Source of the DNA: Pseudovirgaria hyperparasitica
Taxonomy: Eukaryota
Length of the DNA stretch: 64,000 nucleotides
Assembly: GCA_010093815.1 (NCBI GenBank)
Contig: ML996565.1
Reading direction: 5' to 3' (one strand)
Part shown: piece by piece, positions 25,992 to 38,597 of the stretch
How the letters are laid out: each line of letters starts with the position of its first letter
Position numbering within the stretch: position 1 is the first letter of the stretch
Notes under the pieces: generated by a model
Databases searched by the model: none
Seen by the model: the letters and a program-made list of their open reading frames with translations, nothing else
Told to the model about the DNA's origin: nothing
Made by a program: the position numbers and the translations under genes

Positions 25992-26745
25992 TCAGAGCAT
26001 ACCAAAAACCATGGCAAACACACCAAGCACACCACCAGACAGCGCGTCAGATCCAACATAAGCAGCCGCACCACCCGAAGTCGAGCTCGGCGCAGCAGAG
26101 TCAGAAACACTACTCGACGCCCTGGTCGTCGTCCCTCTAGTCGACATCGGCGAGCCATTCTCAGAGGAGTCATTGTCGCCCGAGTTCGTTGCCATAGCTA
26201 CTGTAATATCAGCGACACAGCCAACGCGCCTAGCCATCAAACCTCTTACCATCACCAGGCGTCTGCACAAGCGCAAACGGGTCCGTTCCGTACTCCGTTG
26301 CCCAGCACGCCAAATAGCTCAGTCCATCAGACGCGCCGGCGGTGGGTACAATCACACCTGTGTTACAGTAACCCTGGTCGCAGTATACATTTGTCGATGC
26401 CGCGAGGAGGTTCCCATCGGAGCATGAAGTGAAGAAATTGCATGAGCCCGAGGTAGGGCAGCATGTTGCGTAGGCGCCGCTGCTCGTAAGGGTCGCGGTG
26501 GGATCGCACTGCTGTGCCGGAGTGATCACTACGAAGTGATGTATCAGTACTCTACAGAAGCACTGATAAGGCGTCGGTAAGGATCATGGTTTACCTTCAG
26601 ATGCGCCGCTTGTGCTGACGTAGCCAACGAGCTCGCCATCATTCTGTCTAGGGATCAGTCTCGGTGCATGGGTGATCAATGGATCCTGGACAGCTGTAGC
26701 GAGCTGCGCAAGAGCAATAAGGCCGACGGTGAAGACGGGCTTCAT
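25992..26745 (-). CDS. Secreted Cys-rich, probably GPI-anchored cell-surface protein
   Basis: Signal peptide MKPVFTVGLIALAQLATA, PRQ junction, Cys-rich exon (CDPT…CCPTSGSC…CSDG…CDQGYC…CW), Ser/Thr-rich stalk and hydrophobic C-terminus GGVLGVFAMVFGML. Two introns inferred. Confidence 0.8.
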
Positions 26746-27405
26746 GATTGACACGATGATCGCAAGTGATAAATGGGACGCGCACAAAAGTGGACCGGCG
26801 CCCTGGTGCCAGGGGCAAGCATGCATTTTAAATTGGAGCCACGCGCTAAGATTCTTTAATTACGTGTTAGGGCTGTTGCATCGCGGCTGGCAGTGCCGAA
26901 CGGGCGAGGGCTTCTTTCCGACCCGCGTCTCGTCCACGTCTGGTGGATGATGAATAATTCGGATCACTCCGATGTATATCTTCCACCAGGCTCTTATGCC
27001 TTCTTTGTCGCTCTCATCTTGACCTTAAAAATAGCGTATCGAGCATAAATAACACTGCAGGAGAATAGTGTGACAGGATTGACCTACGAGCAGCTCAAGT
27101 GTGTATGCCGGATTAGGCTAGTGCGTAAAAGAGTGGGATACCTAAGCACAGCGACAAAACAACAGCATGTATGATTTGTATGAACGCACAAATTGGCACT
27201 GGTCACTACTCGGATTTCCATGTATATATGATATCCTTCAATATGATAGTCTAAGACGACGTTTGAGTCATCCAGGGATTTTTGTCCACATAAACATTCT
27301 ATCATCCTCCTATGTCAACAGTCATCCTCAATAAGATAACACTGACGCATAGCTTCTACTCGAGGTTCAATGGTCGACTTGCATCTCTTCATCAATTAGA
27401 TCATC

Positions 27406-27991
27406 CTACGCGCCAATCTTCAACGCCGCATTTGCACCCTCCCCGACGCCCTCCCAAAACACATTCACCGGAAGCCCCTCCGGCGTCGGCGCACTCCACC
27501 ACGCATAAATGCCCTCGTCAGCACCCTCTTTCACAAGATACGTCTCGCCATCAACCTCAATCTGGTCCAGTGCCGACCCAGCTCCACCCGCACCATTGAA
27601 CAAGAACGGAGTATCAACACCAAAGGGTCGGTTTCCATTCGTGGGTTCGTCGGCTTTGAAAATACGTTTCGACGTCCTGTAAGTAGGTTAATTCCTTGAC
27701 GCATGATAATGCAAGGTGGGAGTTCCAAGAGCAGGTCTAGGGTGGGAAAGTTGGAGAGGTAGAAGTTGGAGAAAGGATTTGCACGTACACATCGTAAGTA
27801 AACTGCTGCGTATACTCCAATGCGCTCGACAGAATCTGGGCGCCGCGCGATACAGTGGCGACTGTTGCTGGATATGGAGCGGAACCATCTTCGGGGACGA
27901 TGGTGAGGTAGAAGGGGCCTGTGATCTGGGCGTAGACAGTGCTGGCAGCGGCAAGAGCGAGTGCTGCGGTGTGTGCGTAAGAGAAATGCAT
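27406..27991 (-). CDS. Small secreted protein of unknown function
   Basis: Signal peptide MHFSYAHTAALALAAASTVYA; an intron separates it from the last exon …FNGAGGAGSALDQIEVDGETYLV…AALKIGA*. Confidence 0.7.
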
Positions 27992-28543
27992 TTTGAAGCT
28001 GGTTTGGTGTAAAGTGTAGTGAAGAGGACTTGGCTGCAAGCGTGCTGGTCGTTTGTTTTGAGAACAAACAAACAAATTATATACTGTTCTGATGGGGAGT
28101 TTAATTGGTGGAACAACAGTTGCTAAGACGATAATCCTCCCGATGTCTCATGCACAGATTCATCATCAAATGGCTCGTCGACACCTGTCGAGAATCTTAC
28201 CAGATAATTCTCGCCGTCATACGATTTTCTGTCAGCAACATTCAGGGGAGCCCTGGCGGTGGACGCTCGCTTAGCGATTACAACCTGGATAAGTCTAGGC
28301 AGATTGGTTCCTGGCATCCCTAATGGGCATGATTGACTTCTGATGGCGTAAGATGACGATTATCTACCATGCGGCTCTTATTTAGCTTGCTTACTCCTCA
28401 CTCAGCAAGGAATCATAGACACAGTTCTTTGGAGCTAAAGTATTGCAACTATGATTGTTAGTTATGTAGAAATTCGTGAGGTCTAATCCTATGAACTGTG
28501 CCGTTATCATCGAAAAGTGTGTGGGTACATTGCAACTGCTGAA

Positions 28544-31500
28544 TCACCAAGCTAGCCTTGCAATGATCGAATGGGGATATTTTCTCAGCCAGAATTTCCT
28601 CCCTTCGTCCAACAACAAGATTGCCATCCCAAATGCCATCGGCAGAAACCAATGCGCAACCGGAATCGTGCTGGTGCTAAGATTTTGCTGGAATGTCGGC
28701 ACATAGTTGAAAAACACTGCAATCAGCAACGCAAACACGATTGCTGGGAACAAATACACATTACGAGTATCCACCCTGAACAGCGGCGGGTGCTGTAGGA
28801 TGGACAAACGACGCGTGCGTACCGCCATCAGGTTGAACCACTGCATGACCACGAGAGTGACAAAGTAGATCGAGGATGCCGTATTGAGGATGCTTGTGTA
28901 TTCAGCCATCGACATGTTGCTAGGCACAGTGCCGAAGCCGAACCATAAGGTGCCAAATGTAATACCACGGCGAGAGGCGAACCAGTAGCTCATAGCAAAG
29001 GACGAGACAGTTTGCAAGACACCGATAAAGCCGTATGCGTAGCCGATGAGTTTGAAGTTGACGAGGCGGTCTTTCGCAGGGTTACGTGGCTTGCGCAAGA
29101 GGACGTCGGCTTCTGGCTTCTCGTACGCGATGGCTATAGCTGCGGCGCAGTCTGTGAAACAGCATATGATGATCATGAGAAACGAAGATAGAATCTGTGG
29201 TAGGCCGAAGAGGACATTGGTCATGATAGGCCAAAACTCTGAGAACGATCCTGCGGGGAGGAGATAGCAGATTGTCTTCTTCAAGTTATCGAAAACAACA
29301 CGGCCATACTTCACAGCCTCGACAATAGCGGCAAAGGAGTCGAGCAGGACCATGTCTGCGGCCTCAATGGCAACTTCAGAGCCCCCGCCCATGGCGATAC
29401 CAATGTCTGCGGCTTTGAGCGAAGGTGCGTCATTCACTCCATCACCTGTCATGCCGACCGTCTCCTTGCGTTTTTGGAACTCTTTCACGATACGAAGTTT
29501 TTGTTCTGGTGTTGTCCGGGCAAAGACAATTTCATCGTAGGCACAGAGGTTTTCCCATTGATCCTCGTCGAGTTGCATCATGTCAGGTCCGCTTAGAACT
29601 ATGGCGCGAGGGTTCTGAGGATTCATGTCGACGCCCCCGTAGGAACTCACAGCAGTCGACGGAACTGATGTTGACCTCGAGAGAGCGGAGATATCGTCGA
29701 CAGAGTGAGCCGTAATTATACCGCAATTCTCTGCAATGGCTTGGGCAGTGAGCCTGAAGTCCCCAGTAACCATGTGAAACTTGATACCAGCTCCACGCAG
29801 GGTACGAATGACGTCTGGGATTTCTTGTCTCACGGGATCTGTGATTGCGACGAGACCGACGATACCCAAACTGGATGCTGCTTGCTCCATGATCCAGTCT
29901 TCGAATTCGTAAGAGTCTGGTGCAGGCATTTTCTCCGTCGGAATTTCCTTCTGTGCAAAAATAATGACTCGCTTAGCTTCGCGCGACCATCTGTCTTTGG
30001 TCTGTTCAAGGTAGGTGGAGTACACGCTGTCGATGGCCTCGTTAATGCCAGCAGAGGTCAGGTAGTGAGTACACCGCGGGAGAAGGACGTCGGGTGCGCC
30101 CTTAAGTGTGAGAAGAACAGTCGAATTGGTTGAACTAGCGTCATGTATTCCACTCGATCGTACAAGCTGAGCCATGAACTTATTCTTACTGTTGAAAGCC
30201 ACCCGGTGCACACTTGCCCACTGGCTGCGTGCCTCCGCGACCGAGCGAAGACTTTCAGCGAAGCGTAACACCGCTTGGTCTGTCGCGTCGCCGAAAACCT
30301 TTCGGCATGCAAGAGGTTCAGAGACTGTTGCAGCATCGAATTCTCCCGCGTTGCAGAGTGCACCTATGAGCGATAGGCATGACAGCGTTAAGACAGGTGC
30401 TGATACCGGTTTAGCTGTACCGTTAGTTTCCATCACGCCAGATGCAGCCACCGCAGTCAAACTTTGTTGTTCGACCATAATGTCGGTGACAGTCATACTG
30501 TTTCTAGTCAATGTGCCGGTTTTGTCGGAGCAGATGACCGACACGCTACCCAATGTTTCGACAGTCTTCAGACTTTTGCAGAGAATCTGGTTGCGCTTCA
30601 TGATGTTCGCCGTGATTGTCAAGCTAGATGTCACAGCAATGGGCAGCCCTTCCGGAATGAACGCTACAGCAACACTAACACAGGCGATTATGAGGTTCGA
30701 TACGCTGAGCCAGTTAGGGTGATCTTTGCGAAGCCACGTTGCCCTACTGATGTCAGTCACAGCGACAGCTACAGCAATATATCTTACCAGACGGTAATGA
30801 CTACGATAACCATCGTGAGCATGACACCGACAATGACGGAGACGAAGTAGTATATCTCGCGCTCCAGGTTTGTCAAACCGGTATTGGGCGCGCTTGTGAG
30901 CTTCGCAAGCTAGGAACAGGCTGTCAGCTTCCGTCATTATCGGCAAGAGGTTTTACGCACACGACCAAAGACCGAGTTGTCACCCGTGGCGACGACAACA
31001 CCAGTAGCCTCGCCTGACACACAGTGAGTTCCGGCCATGCCAATACAGGCTGTCTCGAGAAAGTTGTCATCCGTCGATACTGTCGAGCCTCGAATTGGAA
31101 CGGTTTCGCCTATATCGTTCAGCGATAATACTCCATAGATGATCGAGGATCGTACCCGTTAGAACCGAACGGTCAAATTTGGCGTCAGCAGAGACATGGA
31201 CATAGCGTACATCCGCGGGCAATTTATTTCCTAGCCTGAGATATATAATATCACCGGGAACAATTTCTGAGCCAGCGATACGAATTTGTTGGCCGTCGCG
31301 AAGAACAATTGCTTCATCGGGTATCATACTAGTGATTGAAGCCATGACACGAGAGCTGGACCAATCTGTCGCATGTCAGAAACATAAGAGTCCGTCTGGA
31401 ACGACTTACCCTGATAGAATGAAAAGCACGCTTGAATGACCCAAACTATGGCGAGCACGACCGCAAGAGCCAGATTCGCAACTTGAGGAGGTTTACCTAG

Positions 31501-32148
31501 TGGCTTCCATGCGATGAAGACCAATATTGAAGCAACAAACAGAATGGAGCCAAACCCTCCAAACAAGTACAAAAACGTTTTCTTCGCCCACTGTGATGGC
31601 GGCGATGAAAAGACGTTGGGTCCATAGTCCTTGAGCTTTCTTGCAACTTGTTCTTTGGCTAGTCCCTGGAGTGGTGAAGTTGAAAGTCGTTGATAGAGTT
31701 CATCTTCATCTAGGCGGTGCCAGACAGTATCGGCGAACTCTTGAAATGATATGTTAGCTTACAGTGATTTGTCACGGGTGATTTGGGGAGCAGACCAACT
31801 CCTTTTTCGTCTTTGGACTTGCTAGCTTTCTTTGATCTCAGTGCTTCTTTGGCATCTCTGGTATTCGACTCTTCAACGTTGAAAGATCTGCGGGCAGGCA
31901 GTTAGTATTGTCGATTACAACGTTGGGAGGAATATAGAAAAGGCATACAGGGTCTTGAATTGAGTAGGTAGGACAACTTTAGGCTCGACAATCCTCATGG
32001 AGTGCATCGATCGAATACTGTCCATGGACAAACGACGACCCCTGGACCGCGAGTGTCGATTATCGATCTCGTCCGCATATTGAACGCGTAGCACGCGGGG
32101 CTGAACTTCGGGGTCTGTTACTTGTGGTTCCTTTGACTCCGGCTCCAT
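28544..32148 (-). CDS. P-type ATPase, type IIC (Na+/K+-ATPase alpha-like; fungal ACU-type K+/Na+ uptake ATPase)
   Basis: Multi-exon gene with spliced LTGET, FIPEGLP, ICSDKTGTLT phosphorylation motif, KGAPD, VTGD, FARTTPEQK, TGDGVNDAPSLKAADIG and C-terminal TM helices. Confidence 0.93.
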
Positions 32149-33459
32149 TTACGAGTATAATAGTTTGCCAGGTATCGGATATTGCAGGTCACCCAGTTGA
32201 TAGCTACGTCGCCAAATGCAAAATAATTGACAAGGCAGGCACAAAATCAAAAGCGTTTTGAGAACCGACCTATACGTGGGGCGAGATCAGTTCTTGTAAG
32301 GACAGAGATACCGGAGGACCATTTCTACTCCCACAGCGGCTGCACTATATGTTAGCATGTGTTTGCATCAAGGAATCTAGGAGCGCCTAGGCATATCACG
32401 TGACTGAGGCATTTTTGAGAACGGGAACCAAGGAAAACGGCTAAAAGGGGGCGGTGCTGCGAATCATCTTGTTGTGTACTTGTTTCCCTGCATCACAGAG
32501 GCATATCGCTTGTCTACAGAGCTGTTCATTGGGTGACATTGACGGTAGACGTTGCGGAATCTCCGGCTACAGGCCATGTGTTGTGTGCATAATCCCAAAC
32601 CTAAACGTCAGATAAGCTATACGCACGTGTAGACAGAACCATGGACCCCACATATATGGTCATGTCAAGTTCTGAACCTGCGGACAAACGGGAACGCCGT
32701 TTATCTGGCGAATCATGCTTCTACCCTAAGAGGTAGCAACATATCGAATGCGAACAAAGCAAGCTGTCGATGGTATGTGGATAGTCGTTGTATGCCATGC
32801 AAGCTGAGCCTGCACTCCATGGCCGAGGAGAGGAACCAAGGTCTAAAGGTTGGGGTCTTTGGGGTGTTGGGGTCCATGTTAATTGTCCATTATACTTCCA
32901 TTCATCTGCAATTGAAGCGAGGCCGGATTAGGGAATCGTATGCGGCATCTCCACTGTCTACCTCGACACGGCAGTGCGACGCCACATGCTCATCTTATGC
33001 AACCTTTCGTTGCTGCTGGCGGTGAGCGATTTGTTTCCTTTCGCATAGAAATGTTACCATAACAATCCTCCCGGGGGCTCGCGTGTCAACCGTCAGTGAG
33101 CGAGCGCATAGCAGCTAACCTAGCCTCGAACAGTTCGCGGGTGCCGCGTTGCGCAATTTCCGCCATTCTTCCACACACTCATGACAAGACAAGGAGTAGC
33201 TACGTCCATAACAATAGATATGTCATGTTCAGACGACTCAAACACCAGCACCTGGTTCTGAGAACCACTGCGAGAGATGGCGCTACGCGCTCGCCGCCTG
33301 CTAGGATTGTCGTCGGCACACTCTATTTCGCAGCCCATCCGGGGTCCAGCTAGGATGTACGAAATGATGCAAGCCTCGTGGGAGGGATATTGTGTAGCTT
33401 CCCATGGTTTCTTGCATGTCTAGTCTAGGGGATGCCGTATATTCCGCCTGACCTTCCGT

Positions 33460-34972
33460 CTACCAGGCCAAGATGTTGACACCAACGCCGCGCAAAGCGT
33501 CAACTACCCAGGTAGGGACTCGGCTCGTATCATTATCGTATAACCTGCGAAAGAAATCTTTCAGGAATGCCGGATACGCGTCATCCATGATCGCCTGCCT
33601 TGCACGACCCATCAGCGAAAGCTGGTAATGAACATTGTGCATAGTCAATAGGTGGGCTCCAACTGTTTCTTTTGCAGCCAAATGATATATGTAAGCTCGC
33701 GTGATGCCCAGACCGCCCTCTGACAGAGGTTTGCAGCATATACAAGTACACCCTTCCTCTATGGACGAAAAGTCTTCAGAGTATGCAGCATTTCTCAGGT
33801 TTAATATACCTGCAGACGTCACCGCATTTCCAAAGCGAGCGGTTCGCGTTGGCCACACACAGTCAAACATGTCGGCGCCGAGGGCAACAGACACAACGAG
33901 ATCTTCAGGATATCCCTGCACATGTCAGCGAAATATCATAAACAGTATTGCGATACATACAACGCCCATAACGTATCTTGGCTTGTTGTCCGGCAGTAGG
34001 CCAGTACACGTGTCCACGACCCTGCAATATGCGTCTTTGGCTTCACCTCCAGACAGACCACCGATAGCTATACCAGGTGTATCGCGTGCAACCATTTCTT
34101 CGGTACATATGCGCCGAAGTTCGAGATCGAGGCCGCCTTGTATGATGCAAAAGAGGTTCTGAGATTCTGGCTTCTTGTGCGCTGTTATGCATCGGTCAAG
34201 CCACCTTATTGAGCGCCACATTGCCTCTTCAATTCGCGCAAGATCCGGTGATGTTGTTGCAATGACATCATCGAGCTGCATCATGATGTCGGACCCTATG
34301 GAGTTCTGTAAGGATATCGAATGTTCGGGAGTGAGAAGCCTGTCGCGTTCAGCAGTAGTTTAATGTCTGTTTAATGTGGACCTACATTGGTGTGCCATCG
34401 TGCGGGCTTAGAAACCTCACTCCATCCTCAGTAACCTGAGCCAGCTTCAGGAGAGATACCATCTGGAACCTTGATTCGGCGTTAGTCACGACTGTATTGT
34501 CCACATGGATTATTGGATCACCGACCCACCACTGTCTGTCTGTGTCAGCATACGAGTTCTCACAAAGTGAATTAGGAGTCAGAGACCTGTCAAGAGGTTA
34601 TGCGGCCATGATTGCAACTTGTGCGCTCCACCTAATGCATCCAAGGTTTCTTGACCCGGCTTAAGTCCTCTATGACCGTCAGGCGCGCTCAGTCTTTTAG
34701 GTGGACCGGAGGAAAAGCATACAAGTGATATGTATTATTCAGACATAGTCTACAACCAGTCTCTTCTAATTGCTCCGGAGTCAAGCCCTTCAAAGATCCC
34801 TGCGTCGCAACCGGCATGAATATGGGGAGCGGCACTGGGCCATGAGGAAGGATAAGATTCGCAGCGCGGGCTTTCGTAACCTGAGATATGTGTCAGTGCA
34901 TCGTCTTGGGACCTTTGAGTCAGTACTTACCGAGCATTTGGCAAGAAGCTCGAACTGCAATGCTGAGTGCAT
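33460..34972 (-). CDS. qtrt1: Queuine tRNA-ribosyltransferase catalytic subunit (eukaryotic TGT/QTRT1)
   Basis: Spliced exons give [81 protein letters not shown], Zn-site CTCICC and HNVHYQL. Confidence 0.95.
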
Positions 34973-35306
34973 ATTCGATACCAATTCCCTTTCCAGACTC
35001 GCACACACACCCACACACGCACACAATGACTGAGTGGAGGTCGCGTCGCACTCCGCCCAGACTGGAGCTAATTTTAGCTTAGACTGATCGGCGAGCGGCC
35101 GGTTCTGATAGCGGCCGGTGCCACTTCACGCGCCGAGATCCCGGCTCGTAGGGCTGACTTCAACGCGTCCCCGGACTTCTAGCATGTTCCTACAGAGAAT
35201 CTATCGAGATTAATCATCGTCAGGCTTCAAGGCCGCGTCACGCATCTGTTGTGTCTGTGCTCCTTTCCTCTACTACATCTACTGCCACAGCTCCAACTCC
35301 TTTGTC

Positions 35307-36275
35307 ATGTCTTCAAAATCTTCTGAACATCAGAACCCTACGAGCTATACCAGCATGGCAGCAACCGTCGGGGACGTGGAAGCTATTGGGAAACACTGCC
35401 AGGCAGCCTTCTGCAACCAGCTCGACTTCCTACCTTTCCGCTGCGAGAGTTGCAAAGGCACCTTCTGTCTCGAACACCGGACGGAATCTGCTCACAAGTG
35501 TGACAATGCAGGTGCATGGGCGAAAAGAAGGCGTGAAGCTGAATCGCGATCGTCTGGATACACACCAACACAGAAGCCTACTGTCCTCAACCACGAAAAG
35601 CAATGCGCTACTCCAGTGTGCAAGACACTCATCGATACTCCTCTCACCCCTAGCATCCACTGCCCAAACTGCAATAGACACTACTGTCTGAAACACAGAA
35701 TGCGCGAAGACCACGACTGCTCAAATCTCAAGCCCCTCGGCGCACGTCCGCCAAACATGATGCAGCAACAAAGGGAAAAAGGCCTCGCAGCGCTCGATAA
35801 GTTAAGATTATGGGGAGCAAGCAAAAAAGATTCGATGGCTTCTACCGCACAGAAGTCTGGGTCCACTATCGTATCCAAAGCCTCCTCTGGCTCCGCACGG
35901 TCTGCTGCCGCTAGTGTTGCGGCCATAAACCAGCTCAAGAGGACTGCCGTAGGCGATGCAAGCATAGCACAGGACAAACGTATCTACCTATACGTCGACG
36001 CTACGGCAAACACTGCGGAAAAGAAGACCGGAAATTTCTTCTACAACAAAGAACGAACTGTTGGACACCTTCTTGACAAGGCGGCAAAGGACCTCAAAAT
36101 ACCAAATCTCAACAACAGCGGCAAAGAGGAAGATAAGCTTAGTGTATGCCTTGTCATGCCGAAAGGCACCCGGGTGCTCAAATTCTCCGAGAAGCTCTGC
36201 GAAAGCTGCCAGAACGGTGACACAATACACCTTATACGTGGGTTTCCGTCCGCTCCGAACCTGATAGAAATGTAG
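35307..36275 (+). CDS. AN1-type zinc-finger protein with C-terminal ubiquitin-like domain (Cuz1/ZFAND1-like)
   Basis: Two AN1 fingers (CQAAFCNQLDFLPFRCESCKGTFCLEHRTESAHKC; CATPVC…CPNCNRHYCLKHRMREDHDC) and a UBL-like tail ending NGDTIHLIRG. Confidence 0.9.
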   Translation: MSSKSSEHQNPTSYTSMAATVGDVEAIGKHCQAAFCNQLDFLPFRCESCKGTFCLEHRTESAHKCDNAGAWAKRRREAESRSSGYTPTQKPTVLNHEKQCATPVCKTLIDTPLTPSIHCPNCNRHYCLKHRMREDHDCSNLKPLGARPPNMMQQQREKGLAALDKLRLWGASKKDSMASTAQKSGSTIVSKASSGSARSAAASVAAINQLKRTAVGDASIAQDKRIYLYVDATANTAEKKTGNFFYNKERTVGHLLDKAAKDLKIPNLNNSGKEEDKLSVCLVMPKGTRVLKFSEKLCESCQNGDTIHLIRGFPSAPNLIEM

Positions 36276-37584
36276 ACTTATGCTGTCCTTTGTTTGCTCA
36301 CTGTCTTGGATCTTGGTTTACATGATATATTGTACAAGGCGCAGAAAGGTCTCCTAGTTTCGATACCCAATCTCATTCGCGTTTCCCTCATCAAATCGAC
36401 TGTCTATATCCTGACTAACTTCATCTGCGAGCTGTTGCAAAACACTGTCCTCCCACCTCCATGTGTGTAAGTAGTCCACGACATCTTGGACGTGGCATGC
36501 GAGAGACAACTCTAGCTGTGCAACCGCCCAAAATTCCAGTCTGTCCCATGTGACGACTACTACTGGAGCATTCTCAGGGGCTGGAAAAAGCTTCACTCAA
36601 TGTATGTCACATCTCCAATTCTGACTACTACTATCGAAGTGGAACTAAGTAGCATTGTCCCACAGGCCTCTAGCCAGCCTCGCCATATATGTATTTACCC
36701 ATGTCTAGTTGACACCTACGACTCTCCAACGTTACGGCCCTGCAAGTTGATACTGACAAGGCTCGCGGCATAGGTATTGTTACAGTTTTGACACAAGACG
36801 AGTGTTCCATCCAGTAACATACCCGAAACCTATTCCGTAGATAAGAGATCACAAAATACAGGCCTCCATTCCTCTTCACTGTCTTCGCTATGATGGTCCC
36901 CCTGGCAATCCCAGCCCCTGCAGGCACACATTCTCGCAGCCCTACACAGAGAGTCTCTAGTGATCCAATGATTGCACTCTACTCAATGCACCTGTGCTGA
37001 CCGTAGCGTCAGGTCCACATACCTGCAAAGGCTAATATGCGACATCGTAAGACAGAGCAATGCTTTTAATAAAGAAGCAGTGCATACAAACATAATTTAG
37101 CCTGAGGGCGTAAGTTGCTAATGCCTGCTTGTGAGATTCAGCACAAGATCTTGCAGACACTTATGACGATTCCTTTACGAAGTTCCGAAAACACAGCCAC
37201 ACAGCCACACAGCCTTCCATCTAGTGACTCAAAGGTGAGTACAGCAATCAAGATCACAGAGACTGTGTTGCCTGCGTATTGTATCAGTCATAGGTCGTAG
37301 AGTATGTTATTGAGCTCGGCCCCACAAGAAGTGATATCTTACGACAGAGGGATTCTGATATGCAGTCCTACCTACGATACTAGACTGCCAACGCTCTTGC
37401 AGCGAGAGACTACTCAATCATTTGGTAACTCTGATTGGAGGACACATAACAAGGCAAGGAATCCCATCTTCAAACAAAGTTTCACATAAGGTGATACGTA
37501 CGCCTCTAAATATCGCGCCTAAGGCGACGTAGTGTTATCTGGAATAATTCAGAACGTGGTATATTGGAGCTCATCCCCTCCACA

Positions 37585-37856
37585 TTACTTCTTCTTTTCT
37601 TCGGCGTTCTTTTCCATATTCGCCTTGCTAGCTGCAGCCATCGCTGCTTCTGTCTATTCATGTCAGAACATCGAAAACGCAGATCTAAGACTGTCAAGAG
37701 CAGCGATACCTTACACCTTGGACAACGCTCTGTCTTGAGATGCGACCAACCATGTACTTGACATATAGTCTGATGGGTCTTGCAGAAGTGGCCGACCCTG
37801 CAGTTTCCTTTGCTTCTCATTGGGCAGTGGTGCGTTGTAAATCCTTTTCCTGGCAT
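37585..37856 (-). CDS. Tiny Cys/His-rich protein (putative Zn-binding)
   Basis: Exon 1 MPGKGFTTHHCPMRSKGNCRVGHFCKTHQTICQVHGWSHLKTERCPRCK, intron GTATCG…CTGAC…TAG, exon 2 TEAAMAAASKANMEKNAEEKKK*. Confidence 0.6.
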
Positions 37857-38597
37857 GATGATGTGCTATGGACGAATGGTTGATGGGAAGCAGTACCTTT
37901 GTTTTATCTCAAACAGGAGTATGGTGCTGGACTCTGAATGGAATTCTTCAGGTGTTGCAGAAAGCTATTACTGTTCTTTTCATATCTGCTAGCTAGAACA
38001 TGTGCACGCAGTCAATGGCGTTGACGATGGAAGCTGCTAGGCAAGCGACGGCCGCTGGTACGGTTGTCCCGTTGAAGCGGTGCACTTCTGTCAGGCGATG
38101 GTAATAGCCATTCCCGAGTGGTATAACGGTAAATCGTTACTAAGTGGTGTTCAGGTAAAGTTCCCTTTCAATTGTATTATGTTTTCAAGATTTTATTTTC
38201 ATGGATGTTAAAGGTCAGCGATGCAGTCTGTCTTGTGAGTTGAAGCACAGTTCCATTCAGATTGTGATGTTCTGCATGAATGAATGTAGTACAGTACATG
38301 AGGATCACAATTGGGAGCACCTGACTCCCTTTTTGCTCTACGCAACTATTAATATATTGTGAAATATCATCGACAGCTTGTTCCTTATCCAGCCTTCACA
38401 CCGCACGCGGCGGGCTAGACCGGAACGGGACGTCGCTCGCGTGAAAACCAGTCATGTCGACCATTTGAGGCAAACATGGACACGTTCACAAGCATTGCCA
38501 GCTCCCACATCATACTTTTACAACCATCTAGGAATGATGTGCGTCAACAAGATCCTCCCCATCAACGCTACTTGACAACATCAACTAAAAGTCTACA

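Noticed and set aside
36354..36927. Two protein-like minus-strand ORF fragments
   Set aside because: They are separated by stops and have no identifiable family. At best a decayed gene.
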